A stretch of DNA of 47,783 nucleotides. Source: a virus. The notes under the pieces were generated by a model, which did no database searches, was not told the origin of the DNA, and saw only the letters and a program-made list of their open reading frames with translations. This document shows positions 23,729 to 34,540 of this stretch, one piece after another. Both the position numbers and the translations under genes were made by a program. Each line of letters opens with the position of its first letter. Position 1 is the first letter of the stretch. The DNA is taken from IMG/VR virus record IMGVR_UViG_3300001201_000001, positions 1-47,783 of that record; one strand, given 5' to 3'.

Positions 23729-25153
23729 TTAGTTTGTTGGTTCGTCCCATACGAGGGTGCCGTCCCATGTTCCATAATTCCAACCCCGCAACACTTCCGG
23801 CTCGGGAAGGTTAAGGACGAAGGTTTGCGATTCTTGCAAGATACCACAGCCAGCGGTCAGGAAGACCAGCTTTGCCGCGAACCAGTTGGAAGCGTCCACC
23901 GATATTCCCGCGTTGATTTGCGCGGCCGTGTAGCTTCCCTGGCGTGTGAACATCCCACCTTCGATCATAAAGTACACCTCGACGGTGGACCCGGTCAACG
24001 CCAAACCTGTCAAGGTCGTGTCGGTGATTTCGGTGATCTTCGGCGCGGTAAATCCGAAGGGTGTCCCGGTGTGTACGAAATACCGCTCGGAGTATACATC
24101 AAAGAATAGGTCACCCGCTACCGCATCCCGAACTCGTGTCGTGTCCGGGCTTGTGGATAGGTGGGTGATTTGTAGGACATTAAACGAACCGGTTGGCCCC
24201 GCGCCCAAATCTATCACCCCGTTCACCGCGATGTGATCGCCAACGATTCCGTAGGTGCCAAGGTTGTCCAGGTTGTTGACAAACTCGCTAATTCCAAGAA
24301 CGCGGTTTGTGGTGTACCGAACACTTAGGCATTCGTTACCGGTCGGGACGTTGATGGTCGCGCCCGGGTTGCTTAGGGTGGTGACGACCGTATCGGTTCG
24401 GAACACGAACTCGGCCACCGCCAGCCGTCCGTATTCTTCCCAGTTCAGATTTTCAAGGCTGAAGCGTTGACAATCGTAAACTTCGCCAAGATGGTGAACC
24501 CGTTTGTTGTGGTGCTGGTGGATCGTCCGAAGAACGTCGGCGAGGTATTCGGGGACCAGGTACTCGAAGTTGTATTGCTTCCACGTCGTAACCCGCAGCG
24601 GTATTTCCACACCATTCTTAACCTTCACCTCTTGGTCAACCGGATAGGTCGGCTTTCCGATGTCGGTGGCCATCCACACGTAGTTCCGGTACGGGTAGGC
24701 GTAATCAATCACCCCATCACGGTATCGAATTGGTTCGTTATGCCACCATTCGACCTTGACCATTTCGGACACGTCGGCCACCATGCAAAACGTGTCCGTC
24801 TCCCACGTTTGGGCTCCGTCTGACATCTTGGCATGATATAGACCTTCGGCCCAAACACCCGGAAGCGCAACCGTCCCGAGGTATCGGATCGTGTCCGTTT
24901 CATCGCCAGTAATAACAGACAAACCCGTCGCCCGCATATCGGCCAGGACATTACGAACCTCTCCGGTTTCTTCCCGGATGATTTCGAAGCGCGATATGTC
25001 AAAAGGCGAACGGTCCCGAACCAGTTGGAACGGATAGAAATAGCCAACCTCAACGGGTAGCCGGTATTTTTTACCCCGGACGTATTCGCGCCGGTGGTGT
25101 ATCATTCGGGGGTTGGTAGTCCACCCCATGACGTTCATGTTAATCCGTTCCAT
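23729..25153 (-). CDS. tail-tip/baseplate structural protein (assigned by position)
   Basis: 474-aa ORF between the distal tail protein and the fibre genes. Confidence 0.5.
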   Translation of the reverse strand: MERINMNVMGWTTNPRMIHHRREYVRGKKYRLPVEVGYFYPFQLVRDRSPFDISRFEIIREETGEVRNVLADMRATGLSVITGDETDTIRYLGTVALPGVWAEGLYHAKMSDGAQTWETDTFCMVADVSEMVKVEWWHNEPIRYRDGVIDYAYPYRNYVWMATDIGKPTYPVDQEVKVKNGVEIPLRVTTWKQYNFEYLVPEYLADVLRTIHQHHNKRVHHLGEVYDCQRFSLENLNWEEYGRLAVAEFVFRTDTVVTTLSNPGATINVPTGNECLSVRYTTNRVLGISEFVNNLDNLGTYGIVGDHIAVNGVIDLGAGPTGSFNVLQITHLSTSPDTTRVRDAVAGDLFFDVYSERYFVHTGTPFGFTAPKITEITDTTLTGLALTGSTVEVYFMIEGGMFTRQGSYTAAQINAGISVDASNWFAAKLVFLTAGCGILQESQTFVLNLPEPEVLRGWNYGTWDGTLVWDEPTN

Positions 25154-27329
25154 GTCTGAGGGTGGTTGTTGTGATTTTGCTAATCATGTTCTTCGAAATG
25201 TTTGCCGGAAGGCCACCGCCGAGGTCAGTGACCACCAGGCTATTCGGTGAAAAGTTCGGGCCGAGCGGGGCTTCGATTTCTTGCGTTCTACTTCGGCGGA
25301 CTGACCTGGCCGTGGCGGATTCGCCGTTGATCAGTAGTTCACCTCCAGGCATATTATCAAGGTAGTACTGGGCGTGAAGTGTAGGGAAGGCCAGCGCGCC
25401 GTTTTGGGACACCAGGAAACCGGGAACCTGTTCCTCTATGACGATCAATTGGCCATCGGCATCTTCACGGCAAGCCAAGACGAAGACCGTCTCTTTGGAA
25501 AAGGCCGAAGGTTGTGACAGCGCCAGTTGTAGATCGGTAACGAATCGGCTGGTGATGCGGTCCTCTTTGCCGGTTTCGTCAACGTACCCGGAAGTGATGA
25601 CGATGTCTTGGCCATCGAAGGCGACGCTGGTATCATTAGCCCACCCGAAAACGATCCGGCCAGGCAGTCGGCTTTTGTCGTATTCGTAGACGTTGGTGGC
25701 AAAGGTCCAAGGCCGTCCAGTGAACGGGTCAAAGGTTTGGCGAAGATCGGCTCCCACCACCGGTTGCCCGTCGTTGTAGGTCTGGCCATTCTCGAAGAAC
25801 CTGGCCGCTTCGATTCGGTAGCGCCCCTGGTCATCAATGAAGGGCTCGGCTTGGAAGGCAAAGCGCCAAAGGTCGAGGAGGTCTTTCATCTTGAAAGGTA
25901 GCCGCGTGACTGGCGTGTCGTAGCTGGCAGCTAAGATATTACCGGCGGGGACCAGGACGTATTCGATGCGGGGCCGTCCGGTGATGGGGTTGGCGGCGGC
26001 GTAGAATAGTTGGCTGTGTTCTTCCGTCGCTTCAAAGGTTGCCGGTGTCCCCATTTCGGTCAGCATTGACGACACGGTGGAAGCCATCGACAACGTGTCC
26101 GGGATCGTTATCAATTCACCAGCGGCGCGGAAAATGTTGAACAGGTCGGAATCCCATCGCATCCACCAACCCACCTGGGTCCATTCCGAAGCCGCCAAGG
26201 GAACCTGAAACATTGCACCAGCCGGAAGCGATGGCGCGGCGATGAACTGGCCGGAGTGATCGTAGGGTCCGCCCTCTTCGTACCGGCCAAACCTGTTCGT
26301 TACGCGAGTGGCCACCGACGGGATGATGTTGTCGATGTCGTACCGGCGGACACGTTTGAAGGACATCCCGGACGCGAATTGGTCACCGCTTGGAATCAAT
26401 TCGGTCGGTTCACCGTCGAAGCTGTTCTCGTCGGTCAGTACGCGGCCGTAAGCGGTCATTTGGTAGAACCGAACCTCGTCACCGTTTTCGGCCACCAGCC
26501 GCCGCCATCCACCAACGGTCACCTCGTTCGTTCCCGCTGTCCCTTCCGGTGTTTGATACGGTCCGAGGCTGTAGAAAGTTGGCCCGTCCGGTTCTTGCGT
26601 GTTGGTGTCAGGATCAAATTCACCCTGCCCGAAGGTGAAGTCTAAAAGATAGGCACCATCTGACCGGCGGAAGGTAGGGACGCTGGGGTTGGTGAACCCG
26701 GCGAAGAAATAGACCCCGCTGACATCTACGGCCACGTTTGGATCGTAAGGGACATAACCCACACGGAACGGATTCCGTGACCAAAACAAATCCCCGAAGG
26801 TGATCGAATTGAAGAACGTGACCGGCTCGACCTGGCGTTGCCAATAGTTCCCCGGTTGGATGTTGGTGACAAACTTCGACCCTAAAAGGTACACCTGTAG
26901 GACGGGGTATTTTGTGTAGCTGACAGTCCGCTGTTCCGCGCCAAGTTCTAGGAGGTTGTATTCGGTGTCGAGGTTGGCTTGGTATTCGGTGTACCGGTCG
27001 TTGACAATCAAGCTGACCTCGACGTGTTTTTCGTCTTCGTTGATCCGGCAATCTGTCTTGGCGAACTTTCCGGCGAAGAACATCACCTCCGCGCCGTCGA
27101 TGATTTCAAAGATGTCCAAGTAGTACCGGCGGGCAATGCTTCCCCCTTGCACGTCTTCGTAACCGTTGCCCCTGGTCAGCGTGAACGGTTCCGAAATTGA
27201 CGGACGGAAGTAACGCGAATCGCCCTCCGGCGCTTCGTCGCGCTGGTGGGCGTTGGTGTAGATGGGTTCAATCTTCCGACCATCACCATCGTCAATCCGC
27301 AAATAAAAAACGTAGTCGCCCTCTATCAT
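25140..27329 (-). CDS. distal tail structural protein (assigned by position)
   Basis: 729-aa ORF; its ATG overlaps the tape measure stop (ATGA). Confidence 0.5.
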   Translation of the reverse strand: MIEGDYVFYLRIDDGDGRKIEPIYTNAHQRDEAPEGDSRYFRPSISEPFTLTRGNGYEDVQGGSIARRYYLDIFEIIDGAEVMFFAGKFAKTDCRINEDEKHVEVSLIVNDRYTEYQANLDTEYNLLELGAEQRTVSYTKYPVLQVYLLGSKFVTNIQPGNYWQRQVEPVTFFNSITFGDLFWSRNPFRVGYVPYDPNVAVDVSGVYFFAGFTNPSVPTFRRSDGAYLLDFTFGQGEFDPDTNTQEPDGPTFYSLGPYQTPEGTAGTNEVTVGGWRRLVAENGDEVRFYQMTAYGRVLTDENSFDGEPTELIPSGDQFASGMSFKRVRRYDIDNIIPSVATRVTNRFGRYEEGGPYDHSGQFIAAPSLPAGAMFQVPLAASEWTQVGWWMRWDSDLFNIFRAAGELITIPDTLSMASTVSSMLTEMGTPATFEATEEHSQLFYAAANPITGRPRIEYVLVPAGNILAASYDTPVTRLPFKMKDLLDLWRFAFQAEPFIDDQGRYRIEAARFFENGQTYNDGQPVVGADLRQTFDPFTGRPWTFATNVYEYDKSRLPGRIVFGWANDTSVAFDGQDIVITSGYVDETGKEDRITSRFVTDLQLALSQPSAFSKETVFVLACREDADGQLIVIEEQVPGFLVSQNGALAFPTLHAQYYLDNMPGGELLINGESATARSVRRSRTQEIEAPLGPNFSPNSLVVTDLGGGLPANISKNMISKITTTTLRHGTD

Positions 27330-30300
27330 TCCACGTAGGTCGTTGTGGTCCAGCCTTGCGTCACGACGCGCTGGCCCTTGTGATTCCGGCTTTCCCTTAC
27401 CGAAGTATTTCCCCGGATCCCCGAAAGGATTCGGTTGGTGCTGGTCATATCCACCTCCGTCGTGTTGTGGATAATGGCGGGGTCTTCACCGCCCGCCAGT
27501 AGTTCGCGGGCAATATAGACATCATCGAAGGAGCCTTTATTGAACAGGTCGGTGATGGCCTTGATCTTCGGACCGTTCGCCTTCATCGCTTTCCGGCTCC
27601 AAATGCTTAGACCTTCATCCTTTTCCGCGTACCGGGCCTTGCCTTTCTTGGTCCGCCCGAGGTAGATGTCGTCACCTTTTTCGTGACTGGTTCCGTAGTC
27701 CAAGGTTTCGAAGTTACCCTTGGAATTGTTCTCCCTGGCCAGCTTGCCCGCTTTGATCTTACCCGCGACGAAGCTACCAAACATCAAGGCGACGGCGGGA
27801 ATGGCCGCGAATATGGGAAGCTCGGCGAATATCTTGGAAACGGCGGTGATCAAGTTGCCCGCCTGTTGTGCGGTTTGAATTCGCCGTTGTGCTTTGTCCG
27901 CCTTTTTCTGACGTTCCAACGCCTCCTCCTGTAGCTTCTTTTCACGTTCAACCTTTTGCCGTGCCGTTTCCACGTTGGCAGCATCCCCGGCGGCTTGCGC
28001 GGCTAGTTCCGCTTGGAGCGCGTCGTTGGCGTTTTGTACGCGGGTGTTGGCGTTTTGTACGCCTTGGTCCGCTAGTTGCTTTTGAAGGTTGAAGACATCC
28101 AAGATTTGCGACTTGACGAAGTCGAATGCACCCTTTAGCGCGGCCAGTTGGTCCCCGCTTATTTCGATGCCAAGCTGCGCCAGTAGACCCTTTCCCTTTT
28201 CGGGGTTTTCGATCTTGGATATTTCGGCCTGGATGCCCTTGATGCGGTTCCGGTATGTTTCCACCACCGTATCGGATAGATTGCCCTCCTCCTCGGTGTT
28301 GATGTCGATGACAGCCTGAAGGCGGGCGGCTTCGGCGGTTAGTCGGTCCTTGGTCTTTTGGGCCTCGGTCCGTTTGTTCAGGTCCAAGATGGAAGCGTCG
28401 AGCGCGGCCTGTTCATCGAAGTCCTGCAACCGGCTTTCTATCCGCGCTTTCTTCGCGGCTTCGTCGGCCTTCCGTTGGGCTTCGGCATCGGCCAGGCGTT
28501 TAGCGGCGGCGGCGGCTTCGGCATCTTCCAAGTCAGCGGCGGCGCTGTTCAATTCTTGCACCGCGCTTTTGCGGTCCCGAACGATTTCCAAGAGACGGCC
28601 TTCGATGATCTCGGACAACCCGAGACTCCGAATCTTTTGGTTAAGCCGGACGGCATCACTTTCGCCAATCAGTTCGTTCGCGTCAACCTGAATGCCCGTG
28701 AACTTTTGGATGGTTTCGATTTGCTTGGCGAAGGACCGATCAGACAACGCGAGGGTTTCATCAAGTAGGGCGCGACGTTCCGCGAACGTGTTCCGGTCGT
28801 CAGCAATGAGCCGCTCGTTGATGGTCTTTTGGTTGTCGAATCCATCAATCAAGATATCCAAGTCCCGCTCGAGTCGATCCTGACGAAGTTCCGCCCGCGT
28901 TCGCTCGTTATCCCGAACCGCCAGGGTTGCATCGCGTTCGGCTTGCGCGACGGCTTGGTAGGCCGCGAGTTGCTGGTCCAGTAGGTCTTCGATCTGTTCA
29001 CCGTTGGCCCGGCGCAGTCCTATTTCTTGGTTTATCGTTGATAAGTTGTTCCGGGCAATTTGGGCCTCTAGCTTGGAACGCTTCTCCAAAGCCACCCGCG
29101 CCTGTTCAGCGGCTGTTTCCCGTTCTTGGAAGGACTTGGTAGTGTCGTCAGCAATGGAACGCGCCAGCCCTTCCGCTGTGGCCAGCGATTCGACGGACTT
29201 TTGAAGGTTGCGGTTGGCGGTCCTTACCGATTTCTTCGTCTGTTCTAACTTGATGAACGCGGCCGCTTCTTTCGTCAGTTCTTCGGTCGTCTCCCGGATG
29301 GCGTTGGCCAGGTCGCTTTGTTGTTGCGCGTCCAGTCCGGTGATGGCCTGGTTCACGGCAGCGAACGCATCCGTCCCCGCTTCTTTCAAAGCCTTCAGGT
29401 CGCGGTTCCAGAGTGCCTTCAACGCTTTGCCGATGGCCAGACCCAAAGGAATCACCGCCGTCATCCGGTTAATCAAGTTCTTCAAGATCGCTTCGCCCAA
29501 ATTTTTCAACGCCCCGAGGGGATCATCAAAGGCATCACCCAACGCACCGGCCACCGCGTCGGCAACGTCCACCAGTTGCGACATCCCAGCGTTAACCAAT
29601 CCGGTCACCTTGGTCATCAACTTCGCCCCCTTTTCCGAACGGGTGAAGGCGTTGAACAGCGCGCCAAGGCCAGCCACCAGCGCGGCAACGAACAACACGA
29701 CCGGGTTGGCCAGTAGTGCTTTGAACGCTGTCCGCATACCACGAACGCCACCGACCACCTGACCAGCGGCCCCCGGGAAACCTCCCATTTCATCGACCGC
29801 CGCCTTGATGTCTTCTTTGTAGTTGCCTACGTTGCGCGACGTTACGCCCAGCGATTTGTCCTGCGCCTTCAGGTTGTCGTTGATTTCGTTGATCCTGGCC
29901 ACCAACGCCTGGCCCGCTTTGGTGTTTTGTACTTCGGCCTCGGTCAGCTTCTTATACCGAATCTTTAGGATCGACATCTCGGCCGACAACCGGTCATAGC
30001 TTCCGACTTTGTTGGCGTTCAACTTTGCCTCGAGGGTGGCCAGCCGGTTCGCTTCACGTTGGGACAACGACAACGCCTTCAACTTTTTGCCGGTATCGGT
30101 CAGGCTTACTTGGTATTTGATGTAGTTCTTCGCCAGCTTGTCCGCTGCCTTCGCTTGTTCAAATACCAGGTCGGTCTGTTCGCTGGTGGCCGCGCCCAGT
30201 CCGTCCGTGGCTTTCTTCAACCCGGCCGCGTCTTCTTTGACACCCTTCAACAGCTTCGCATATTCCGCACGAAGGGCTTCCAGTTCCTTTCGGACCTGTT

Positions 30301-30361
30301 CAAGTACGCCGTCGTTTTCGACCATCTGACTGGTCTTGATCGGGTTGTTATTGTTAGCCAT
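27326..30361 (-). CDS. tape measure protein
   Basis: 1,011 aa, long helical A/K/E/Q/L-rich sequence with hydrophobic segments VVLFVAALVAGLGALF and LPIFAAIPAVALMFGSFVAG; canonical position. Confidence 0.8.
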   Translation of the reverse strand: MANNNNPIKTSQMVENDGVLEQVRKELEALRAEYAKLLKGVKEDAAGLKKATDGLGAATSEQTDLVFEQAKAADKLAKNYIKYQVSLTDTGKKLKALSLSQREANRLATLEAKLNANKVGSYDRLSAEMSILKIRYKKLTEAEVQNTKAGQALVARINEINDNLKAQDKSLGVTSRNVGNYKEDIKAAVDEMGGFPGAAGQVVGGVRGMRTAFKALLANPVVLFVAALVAGLGALFNAFTRSEKGAKLMTKVTGLVNAGMSQLVDVADAVAGALGDAFDDPLGALKNLGEAILKNLINRMTAVIPLGLAIGKALKALWNRDLKALKEAGTDAFAAVNQAITGLDAQQQSDLANAIRETTEELTKEAAAFIKLEQTKKSVRTANRNLQKSVESLATAEGLARSIADDTTKSFQERETAAEQARVALEKRSKLEAQIARNNLSTINQEIGLRRANGEQIEDLLDQQLAAYQAVAQAERDATLAVRDNERTRAELRQDRLERDLDILIDGFDNQKTINERLIADDRNTFAERRALLDETLALSDRSFAKQIETIQKFTGIQVDANELIGESDAVRLNQKIRSLGLSEIIEGRLLEIVRDRKSAVQELNSAAADLEDAEAAAAAKRLADAEAQRKADEAAKKARIESRLQDFDEQAALDASILDLNKRTEAQKTKDRLTAEAARLQAVIDINTEEEGNLSDTVVETYRNRIKGIQAEISKIENPEKGKGLLAQLGIEISGDQLAALKGAFDFVKSQILDVFNLQKQLADQGVQNANTRVQNANDALQAELAAQAAGDAANVETARQKVEREKKLQEEALERQKKADKAQRRIQTAQQAGNLITAVSKIFAELPIFAAIPAVALMFGSFVAGKIKAGKLARENNSKGNFETLDYGTSHEKGDDIYLGRTKKGKARYAEKDEGLSIWSRKAMKANGPKIKAITDLFNKGSFDDVYIARELLAGGEDPAIIHNTTEVDMTSTNRILSGIRGNTSVRESRNHKGQRVVTQGWTTTTYVE

Positions 30362-30367
30362 TCCGGT

Positions 30368-31144
30368 CTACTTTTTTGTTTGCGCTTTCACCCTGGCCTG
30401 AAGGATATCCGCATTGGTGTAATATTCCATGATGGTCAGCGTCTTCGCGTCGCGTCCTATCATTTCGCTAATGTGGGCAACGGTTCGTTCGTAGACCCGC
30501 TTCATCACCGCCTCGACCCCATTGGTCCCGGTGAACTTCGAGGGCTTGTGGAATTGCATCAACCCGTCATCGATTTCATCAATCGCAGCCACCATTGCGG
30601 CCGGTTCTTGTTCTGACATCACCCCCCGGATGATCGTCCGGCTCCGTTCCATCATCCGGTGATTTAATTCGGCTTGTTTCGCGTTGGCCATCATCTTCGG
30701 GAAGTGGAGCGTTAGGTCACGTTCGGCGTTTTTTTTTACCGCGTTGATGATGGTCGATATAATCCGGGCCGTCAAACCAGCACGACCGAAGGCAGTCGTC
30801 AACCTGGCCACATTGTCCGGGCTAAAGTCCGTCAGTTCTTCGCCGTCGATGGTGTTGATTAAGTAGACAAAGGCGGCAGTCTTCGGGGAGACGTTGTTGA
30901 TGACGAAGTACAAATTTTGCCGAATGTTGGCCACTTCGGTTTCGTATTCGGCGAACATCTTCTTTTTGACAAACTTCCCCATCCTGACCAGGTGGCCGTC
31001 GAAGGCCTCCATGTCGGAACCAATTCCGGCCTCTATTGCTAGTTGCTGGTTGAACATTTGGAACCGATGGATTGGCATTTCTTCGATGTCCCCGTCGTGG
31101 TATTCGATGATCATCCCTTTTAGTTTCACGGTCTTCATAGGCAA
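30368..31144 (-). CDS. possible tail assembly chaperone (assigned by position)
   Basis: 258-aa ORF immediately upstream of the tape measure gene; no room for a frameshift extension. Confidence 0.35.
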   Translation of the reverse strand: MPMKTVKLKGMIIEYHDGDIEEMPIHRFQMFNQQLAIEAGIGSDMEAFDGHLVRMGKFVKKKMFAEYETEVANIRQNLYFVINNVSPKTAAFVYLINTIDGEELTDFSPDNVARLTTAFGRAGLTARIISTIINAVKKNAERDLTLHFPKMMANAKQAELNHRMMERSRTIIRGVMSEQEPAAMVAAIDEIDDGLMQFHKPSKFTGTNGVEAVMKRVYERTVAHISEMIGRDAKTLTIMEYYTNADILQARVKAQTKK

Positions 31145-31716
31145 CGGTCGGCTTGGTAAGTGATGACGGTGTTAATGCGGAAACATCCATAAGGACGCTG
31201 CGCAAACATCGACTGCAAATTGGTGTAATCGTAACCCCGGTAAACTTCCGGGACGCGGTCAAATGTTCCCGCGATTGACATCCCGACGACGGAAGTATTA
31301 AGAATGGCCAGCACCGACGCTTTCACGTTTTCGACTGACATCCCGTCACTTCCATCATCGAAGACATCCCGGAAGTCAAACCACACAACTAAACCAGCCT
31401 CGAACCGGATCCGGGGTGCCGATCCTTGCGGGGATAGATATTCCTGACGGCCAACAACGTCGAAAAACGAGAACGAACCCAAACGGTCGTCCGGTAGTAG
31501 CCCCAGGTATTCATTATCCGCGCCAGTATTGCCCCCTTTACCGACGAACACCGCCGGGACATAGTTCCGGTAGCTGTCATCGACGGCGATGGCTTCACAA
31601 CGCCCGTATGCGGTCCGCAACCAATCAAGGCCGGAGGACAATTCCACCAGCAACGGATCGAGGGCCGCGTCGATCAACTTCGGGTCGGTGAATGTTTGGC
31701 GGTTGCGTATTGTCAT
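31135..31716 (-). CDS. possible major tail tube protein (assigned by position)
   Basis: 193-aa ORF upstream of the chaperone-position gene. Confidence 0.35.
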   Translation of the reverse strand: MTIRNRQTFTDPKLIDAALDPLLVELSSGLDWLRTAYGRCEAIAVDDSYRNYVPAVFVGKGGNTGADNEYLGLLPDDRLGSFSFFDVVGRQEYLSPQGSAPRIRFEAGLVVWFDFRDVFDDGSDGMSVENVKASVLAILNTSVVGMSIAGTFDRVPEVYRGYDYTNLQSMFAQRPYGCFRINTVITYQADRCL

Positions 31717-32156
31717 TTGGTTAGTCGTTTTCGGATTTCATCCTGTAAATCGTCACAAATCAAGTCCCGGGCTTCGGCCAGGCTTTCATCGGTTAGGCCG
31801 AAGATGTCCGGCCCGTACTTGCGCTCTAGCTTATCGGCCTTTTCGTCCCGGCTAAAGATGCCGAAGAACGTCGAGCCGTAGTGTATCGTGAACCCGTCGT
31901 AAAAGTCCCCGGTGTCTTCCAAGGTGACGCGGTCCGTCGGCTGTCCTTTGATCGTTTTGATCTTGATCGTTAGCGGCCGGTATTCGGGGAATATCTTATC
32001 ACCCGCGCCGTCGATGCCTTTGGCCAACTGGTCCTGGGTGTTTAGGTCCAAGATTTCCGGCTCGAACTTCCGCACTTGGTCCAACACGATCCGGTCGAGG
32101 TTGTCTTCGACATCCTTCACGTTTGCAATCAGTCGATCAAGCGCGGCTAGGCTCAT
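31713..32156 (-). CDS. head-tail joining / neck protein candidate
   Basis: 147-aa ORF, ATGA-coupled on both sides within the morphogenesis operon. Confidence 0.4.
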   Translation of the reverse strand: MSLAALDRLIANVKDVEDNLDRIVLDQVRKFEPEILDLNTQDQLAKGIDGAGDKIFPEYRPLTIKIKTIKGQPTDRVTLEDTGDFYDGFTIHYGSTFFGIFSRDEKADKLERKYGPDIFGLTDESLAEARDLICDDLQDEIRKRLTK

Positions 32157-33355
32157 GTGGTTCCGTATTCTACGCCATTACTTCGACACGGTAAACACAC
32201 CGCATCGATGGCCGATTCGTCGAAGGCTATCCTTTTGAGGGCTTTGTCGTATTCGTGGCGAAGACCGGAAGCCCTTCCCATCGCTTCGCCGTGTAGGTCA
32301 TAATTCACCTGGGCCTTGTCGGTCCCGGCGTTGTGTCGGTTGGTGCGGGCGCTACTGTTCCACACGTACTCGGTCAGCAACTTCAACGCGACCCCCTTGG
32401 CGACCGCATCCGCAAAGTGCCGACGCTGTTCAACTAGGAATTCGGTATAGTCGCAACGGACGGCGGCTTTGAAGTTTAGACCATATCCGACGGACGTAGT
32501 CACCCCTTCGGTCAATCGTTCACCGGCGGGGATGCCACCCTCGAAGCCGGACACCCGAAGGAACCGCCCAACGGGGAAGCGTCGGCCATCGCTGGCGCTT
32601 AGTGATCGGCCAGCGAGGTCGTTTTGGTTGTAAGCCACGAACCAGGTCGGACCGGCGGTGATGGTCCAGTCCAAGGTGATCCACTTCGTTCCACCAGCAT
32701 CATCGGCCGTCGTGACAACTTCGATGGTTTCCACCGGTGCAGCGGGTCGATCTGACCGCCAAAGTTCCAAGGTGAACGTCTCGGCCTGTTCCATGCGGAC
32801 ACCGACGGCAATCAAGTCGGCCACCAGGCTCTCGGATTGCGGAAGGAACAACACACGGCCGACCACCTTGGCGCGGTTCGTGTCGGCTGCGGCTTCCAAG
32901 TTTTGCGGAAAGATCACCGACCGGCTGAGGAGGTTCTTTGCCGTCCGGTTCATTTCCTTCATCGTGAGCCAGTCGTTAACCACTTGGATGATGCCTTGGT
33001 CCACACGTTCGCGGAGCCAATCGTTGAAGCCGTCGAAGACATCCCAGTCGTCAGAACCGTCGGCCGGGACCGCGCTGGTGGTCTTGTTCGCTTTCCATTT
33101 CTTGCCGCCGTTGACCACGATGGTCCCGAGCAAAAATTCCCCCGCCGCCCAGTCAGGGTAAGCGAAGGAGGAAAAGTCAGGCGCAAGACCGGCCAAACTG
33201 TTCAACGTCATCAAGGGGTGCTGCACGTCAAACCGAAGGCCGGAAGAACTGGCCAAGAGGTCCGGGTCGATGATGTCAACGCCACCGGGGTCCGGGTTTT
33301 GATTGAATCCAACCAACCCGGCAAAAGCGGCAACGATGTCTGTAGTTTTGAACAT
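32153..33355 (-). CDS. virion structural protein, function unknown
   Basis: 400-aa ORF; first gene after the capsid-gene terminator. Confidence 0.5.
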   Translation of the reverse strand: MFKTTDIVAAFAGLVGFNQNPDPGGVDIIDPDLLASSSGLRFDVQHPLMTLNSLAGLAPDFSSFAYPDWAAGEFLLGTIVVNGGKKWKANKTTSAVPADGSDDWDVFDGFNDWLRERVDQGIIQVVNDWLTMKEMNRTAKNLLSRSVIFPQNLEAAADTNRAKVVGRVLFLPQSESLVADLIAVGVRMEQAETFTLELWRSDRPAAPVETIEVVTTADDAGGTKWITLDWTITAGPTWFVAYNQNDLAGRSLSASDGRRFPVGRFLRVSGFEGGIPAGERLTEGVTTSVGYGLNFKAAVRCDYTEFLVEQRRHFADAVAKGVALKLLTEYVWNSSARTNRHNAGTDKAQVNYDLHGEAMGRASGLRHEYDKALKRIAFDESAIDAVCLPCRSNGVEYGTT

Positions 33356-33364
33356 GGTCTATAA

Positions 33365-33400
33365 TTAAAAGGGGACCGGCCCGAATCGGAACCGGCCCCC
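33365..33400 (-). terminator. rho-independent terminator after the major capsid gene
   Basis: 9-bp stem 33371-33379/33392-33400 (one G-U pair on the coding strand), followed by TTTTAA; 30 nt downstream of the 33430 stop. Confidence 0.75.
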
Positions 33401-33429
33401 CGTTTTCACTCCTATCACAGAGCCTCTTT

Positions 33430-34476
33430 TTACGCCGTGGCCAGGTCGAAGCCGATGACCGGCGACGGGATCGTGGCGCGGTCGCTGTTCCACTTCGTAA
33501 CCCAGGCAATATCGACGGCGAAGTCGAAGGCTTGCTGGACGGTACGGGTCAGGTTAGACGACACGTTGGCGTTGCCGCTGACATCGACGGCCTTCGTGTA
33601 GCCGTAGGTGCCGAACTCAATACCGAGGCCGGGCATCACAATCGTCCCCCATTCGTGTCCGTCCGGGAGGGTCGTGCGGAAAAGGCTGTCGGGTTCAACC
33701 CGCGTCAGCATACCGAGGGTGCCGGGCGCGATGGCGTAACCGGTCGCGGCTTTGTCGGCAGCGTTGGCGATGGCGTTGGAAAAGTGGTAATCCTTCCCCA
33801 TGAACTGGAGGGTCTTGTTCTCCGTGTTGAAGTCGGAGAAGCCTTCCATGCGACGAAGGACGGCCAGGAATCCCTGGTTACCCAGGATGTCCATCTGCAT
33901 CCCGTCGAAGTCGTTGCTGTTCATCATCGGCTCGAGGTCCGCTTGGATGTACGACTCTTTCAGGTTGGCGGCGGTTTCGCTGACGACGTTGGCGGCGAAG
34001 GTGTGGCCACCGGTGACTTCGGCGATGACTTGCGTCTTGGCCGCGTCGATGGCGGTCCGGGCGGAGCCTTCGATGGCGCTGGTCATCTTCACCAGCATCG
34101 CGTTCATCTTACCATTGAAGTCCTGCTGGTAGTCCACGTCGTTCGTGAAGTGCTGGCGGGGGTACATGGTGAAGCCGTAGGCGAAGGTGGTCCAGGTGAC
34201 CGTGTAGAAGCCGGACGTGTTCTCGTCGTCCGCAATCACCAGGGGACGGTTGGACCGGATGGTCACGTCCTTGTAGTTGATGTACGGAATCTTCACGTCG
34301 CGCCCCATAGATAGGGCGGCTTTCTGACGAAGATCGTCGGTGATGAATGAACCGATGCCGTTGGTCTGCTTTTGGAAGACATCAAGACAACCGGCCCGCA
34401 TAGGGCGGAACTCGTTGGAGCCGAAAGTGGGACTTTGGGCGCGAAATTCCTGCGCAAGCGTTGCGATAAGTGACAT
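33430..34476 (-). CDS. major capsid protein
   Basis: 348 aa. It follows the scaffold gene, is followed by a strong terminator, and has its own leader with a degenerate box (TTCATCTTTTAAATCTGAC, 4 nt spacer). Confidence 0.65.
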   Translation of the reverse strand: MSLIATLAQEFRAQSPTFGSNEFRPMRAGCLDVFQKQTNGIGSFITDDLRQKAALSMGRDVKIPYINYKDVTIRSNRPLVIADDENTSGFYTVTWTTFAYGFTMYPRQHFTNDVDYQQDFNGKMNAMLVKMTSAIEGSARTAIDAAKTQVIAEVTGGHTFAANVVSETAANLKESYIQADLEPMMNSNDFDGMQMDILGNQGFLAVLRRMEGFSDFNTENKTLQFMGKDYHFSNAIANAADKAATGYAIAPGTLGMLTRVEPDSLFRTTLPDGHEWGTIVMPGLGIEFGTYGYTKAVDVSGNANVSSNLTRTVQQAFDFAVDIAWVTKWNSDRATIPSPVIGFDLATA

Positions 34477-34540
34477 AGTAGTCAGATTTAAAAGATGAAA
34501 TAAGAACCTCGCGGGGCTGTCCTATTGCCCGGCCCTTTTG

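Noticed and set aside
24709-24740. Additional box-like sequences inside coding regions (ATCGAATTGG near 24725; GTCGAATTGTTG at 4628-4639 near the initiator stop)
   Set aside because: Each has mismatches in the 9-mer core and lies inside an ORF at no fixed distance from a start codon. The copy at 4628-4639 is 18 nt upstream of ATG 4609 and might be functional, but this cannot be supported.
30368-31144. Programmed -1 frameshift (G/GT-type) in the tail chaperone-position gene
   Set aside because: The gene ends 7 nt before the tape measure ATG, and no overlapping downstream frame of useful length exists. The overlapping ORF 30822..31262 lies at the 5-prime end and translates to Arg-rich junk.
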